DNA of 64,000 nucleotides, from NCBI GenBank assembly GCA_000004985.1, contig GG738885.1, one strand, 5' to 3'. The stretch comes from Naegleria gruberi (Eukaryota). The notes under the pieces are model-generated. The model saw only the letters and a program-made list of their open reading frames with translations. It was not told the origin of the DNA and did not search any database. Shown piece by piece: positions 62,105 to 64,000 of the stretch (its first letter is position 1; each line of letters starts with the position of its first letter). The position numbers and the translations under genes were made by a program.

Positions 62105-63382
62105 TTATGTGGATGATCGGGAAAGTTCTCTAGCTGCCAAATATTTTGGATGGCTTCTATTGATATTTGTCACAAAGAAAGTTCCCTTAACATCCTTCAT
62201 CTTGACAAGATTTTCCTTTTGCATTTGTTTGAGGAATTTACTCCACTTCTTGTATGTTGATTTCTTAATATCCAAAACTATGTCCTCGCTAAATTCAAAC
62301 ATTTTAGTATAGAATCCACTTCCTTCCATTGGTAATTGATCATCCTCAACACTACTCTTTAAAGCAGTGAGGAAGTATGATTCCAAGAGAGAGTCCATCT
62401 CTTCTGGCTTGATATCAGAAGAACCTTCACCACTTGGCTCTGCTTCATCATCACTACCTTCTACAGTTGACTTTCCTTCTGTAGCCAATGGCGTCACTTC
62501 AACCTTTTCAGTGGTTGGCTGTTCACCATCTTCATCTTCTTCCACAGATAAGATTTCAATAATTTGTGATGTAAATCCAACTGGTTGAGAGTATGTCGAA
62601 GGGGCATGATTCACGCCAAATTGCCACATAAAGTCATTGAAAATATGAACTGTTTCAAAACATTTCCCCTTATCTGCTTTTGAAAATTCATCAAAATCCA
62701 TAATCATGTCACCGATGGCAAATGGGATGGGATTTCCTCTCACTTGAATGCTTCTAATGTCACCCTTCTTGAATGGACCAATTCCTCCATGACTTCCCTT
62801 ATTATTCAATCTTTCTCCTCCAATTAAATTCATATTTTGATTCTTTTGATTTTTACTCACACCAGGTTTCATTAAATCAGCACCTTGCAAAAGATAATGA
62901 GAAACTGGTTGAGCAATATAAATAGTATCCACTAAATTAGGTGCAATTTGAAGAGCAAATATTGTTGGATAGTAAATTTCCTCTTTTTCAATCGAAAAGA
63001 ACATTGGAACATTATCTACAGTAATTACATTAAAAGTTTGAACATCTGATGCTGCTCTCAATTGTTGTTTTTGCAATTGTTGTTGTTTCTTTTTCTTATT
63101 AGGAACATTCTTTCCGACCTGAATTTCCTCTAAAATTGCCTCCGAAGCAGCAGTTTGATGATAAATAACAAACTTTGATAATTCCACATTTTGATTCTTT
63201 GTTGGTACGAGTAATCTCCATGGATTTATTTCATCACTACTAGCACTACCACCCTCTTCATCATCAGCATTAGAAGGTGCTGGAATATTTCGATATTGTT
63301 CTTGTAATTGTTTTAATAATTTTCTACGATCCGAAGATTTTAAATTGTGTGATTGAGTTTGCTTGAGTGTCTTTTTAAACAT
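62105..63382 (-). CDS. eIF2D/ligatin-like protein (N-terminal DUF1947/PUA region through SWIB-like domain), ORF ends before any SUI1 domain
   Basis: MFKKTLKQTQSHNLKSSDRRKLLKQL (human eIF2D MFAKAFRVKSNTAIKGSDRRKLRADV). PUA-like GADLMKPGV. SWIB-like DIKKSTYKKWSKFLKQMQKENLVKMKDVKGTFFVTNINRSHP (human DVKKSSHKKLSKFLQVMQKEGIIKVKELSKGVESIVAVDWKHP). The stop TAA at 62105-62107 is immediately followed, in the same frame, by PIG-B coding sequence. Confidence 0.6.
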   Translation of the reverse strand: MFKKTLKQTQSHNLKSSDRRKLLKQLQEQYRNIPAPSNADDEEGGSASSDEINPWRLLVPTKNQNVELSKFVIYHQTAASEAILEEIQVGKNVPNKKKKQQQLQKQQLRAASDVQTFNVITVDNVPMFFSIEKEEIYYPTIFALQIAPNLVDTIYIAQPVSHYLLQGADLMKPGVSKNQKNQNMNLIGGERLNNKGSHGGIGPFKKGDIRSIQVRGNPIPFAIGDMIMDFDEFSKADKGKCFETVHIFNDFMWQFGVNHAPSTYSQPVGFTSQIIEILSVEEDEDGEQPTTEKVEVTPLATEGKSTVEGSDDEAEPSGEGSSDIKPEEMDSLLESYFLTALKSSVEDDQLPMEGSGFYTKMFEFSEDIVLDIKKSTYKKWSKFLKQMQKENLVKMKDVKGTFFVTNINRSHPKYLAARELSRSST

Positions 63383-63666
63383 TTTTTTACTTTCTTTTAT
63401 TAGTATATTAATATTAGAATAAGTTCAATTTTACATTTGTACAACTACTTCAAAACAATTTTGTAAGTTGGTGTTAAACAATTCACCTTAACATCAACAA
63501 TATCTATTTGAATCATCATTTTGTATTCATCTTCCAAAAGGTTTGAAAGCCTTCAAAAAAAATATTAAAAAATATTATTGTATAAAAAATTACCCATAAC
63601 ATTTAGTAGAATAAAATGTTCGGTCTGGGGGCAATTAATAAGCGAGGAAGTGCTTCTTGTTTTTAA

Positions 63667-63784
63667 ACAGTTGTCTTACCATTCTTATAAGCAGACAATG
63701 TCTTTCGCCTTTTACTAAAGACATCCGTGTGAGAATGGACAAATAGATAACGCTAATTTTTTCTGCCTCTTCTCAAGAGGTCTG
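63667..63784 (+). ncRNA. U5: U5 spliceosomal snRNA
   Basis: Contains the invariant U5 loop I sequence CGCCTTTTACTAAAGACATCCGTG (consensus CGCCUUUUACUAAAGAUUUCCGUG), closed by the stem ATGTCTTT/AAAGACAT and the extended stem CCATTCT/AGAATGG and TTGTC/GACAA. Sm site AATTTTTTC at about 63755-63763. 3' hairpin CCTCTTctcAAGAGG. Overall length about 118 nt. Ends are +-5 nt. Confidence 0.7.
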
Positions 63785-64000
63785 TTCTTAATAGAAATTC
63801 AACCTTTTTTCTTTCGGCCTGATTGGCTTGATTTCATATATATTTGAGCTAATGTTCAATTGCTATTTCTCCACAAATTCAGGAATTACAATTTCTTGCG
63901 TAATAAGAAATATTTTTAATGATTGACAGTTGCCAAAAAGCGCATATTTTAGGAGTTTAAATTGCATCACTAACGAAATCTTTTTGAATGGGCAGCTAGT

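Noticed and set aside
1-64000. CRISPR arrays, prophage or IS elements, operon structure
   Set aside because: The sequence is eukaryotic (spliceosomal introns, Pol III genes, snRNA). No direct-repeat/spacer arrays or prokaryotic mobile-element hallmarks were seen.

Overview
This 64 kb window is gene-dense, AT-rich (about 65-70% AT) nuclear DNA from a eukaryote; by composition and gene content it is most likely an amoebozoan (dictyostelid-like) protist. Evidence for the eukaryotic call: spliced genes with short GT-AG introns (37-145 nt); poly-N/Q/P and K/E-rich low-complexity tracts; Pol III genes followed by T-runs; TAA/TAG/TGA all used as stops. There is no prokaryotic operon structure, CRISPR array or recognisable transposon. 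I can support about 45 protein-coding genes on both strands. Confidently assigned: Nop56 snoRNP protein; homocysteine S-methyltransferase; a Rac-family GTPase (5 exons); an ENT nucleoside transporter; an ERGIC-53-like L-type lectin; peptidase S41-like protein; 3-methyladenine DNA glycosylase (MPG/AAG; 2 exons); a PMS2/MLH3-type MutL homolog; ZPR1; ribosomal protein eS17; GPI mannosyltransferase PIG-B (GT22); an eIF2D/ligatin-like protein; an SGNH hydrolase; a CocE/NonD hydrolase; a VIT+VWA protein; a 1435-aa NHL-repeat/EGF receptor-like protein kinase; and a bulb-lectin/EGF secreted protein. RNA genes: a dispersed 5S rRNA, tRNA-Ile(AAU), tRNA-Val(UAC), and a previously unflagged U5 spliceosomal snRNA near the 3' end of the window. 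The oddities most worth follow-up: (1) an organellar/bacterial-type LSU rRNA-like fragment in an intergenic region (possible NUMT). (2) An eIF2D-like ORF that lacks its SUI1 domain and runs in-frame into PIG-B across a single TAA, while PIG-B lacks an N-terminal exon (fusion breakpoint or assembly chimera). (3) Two same-strand ORF pairs (DUF4116 protein, F-box/LRR protein) that require a frameshift to join, pointing to assembly indels or pseudogenes. (4) A more GC-rich CocE/NonD hydrolase as an HGT candidate. (5) Very short introns, down to 37 nt. Coordinates of splice sites are hand-derived and may be off by 1-2 nt.
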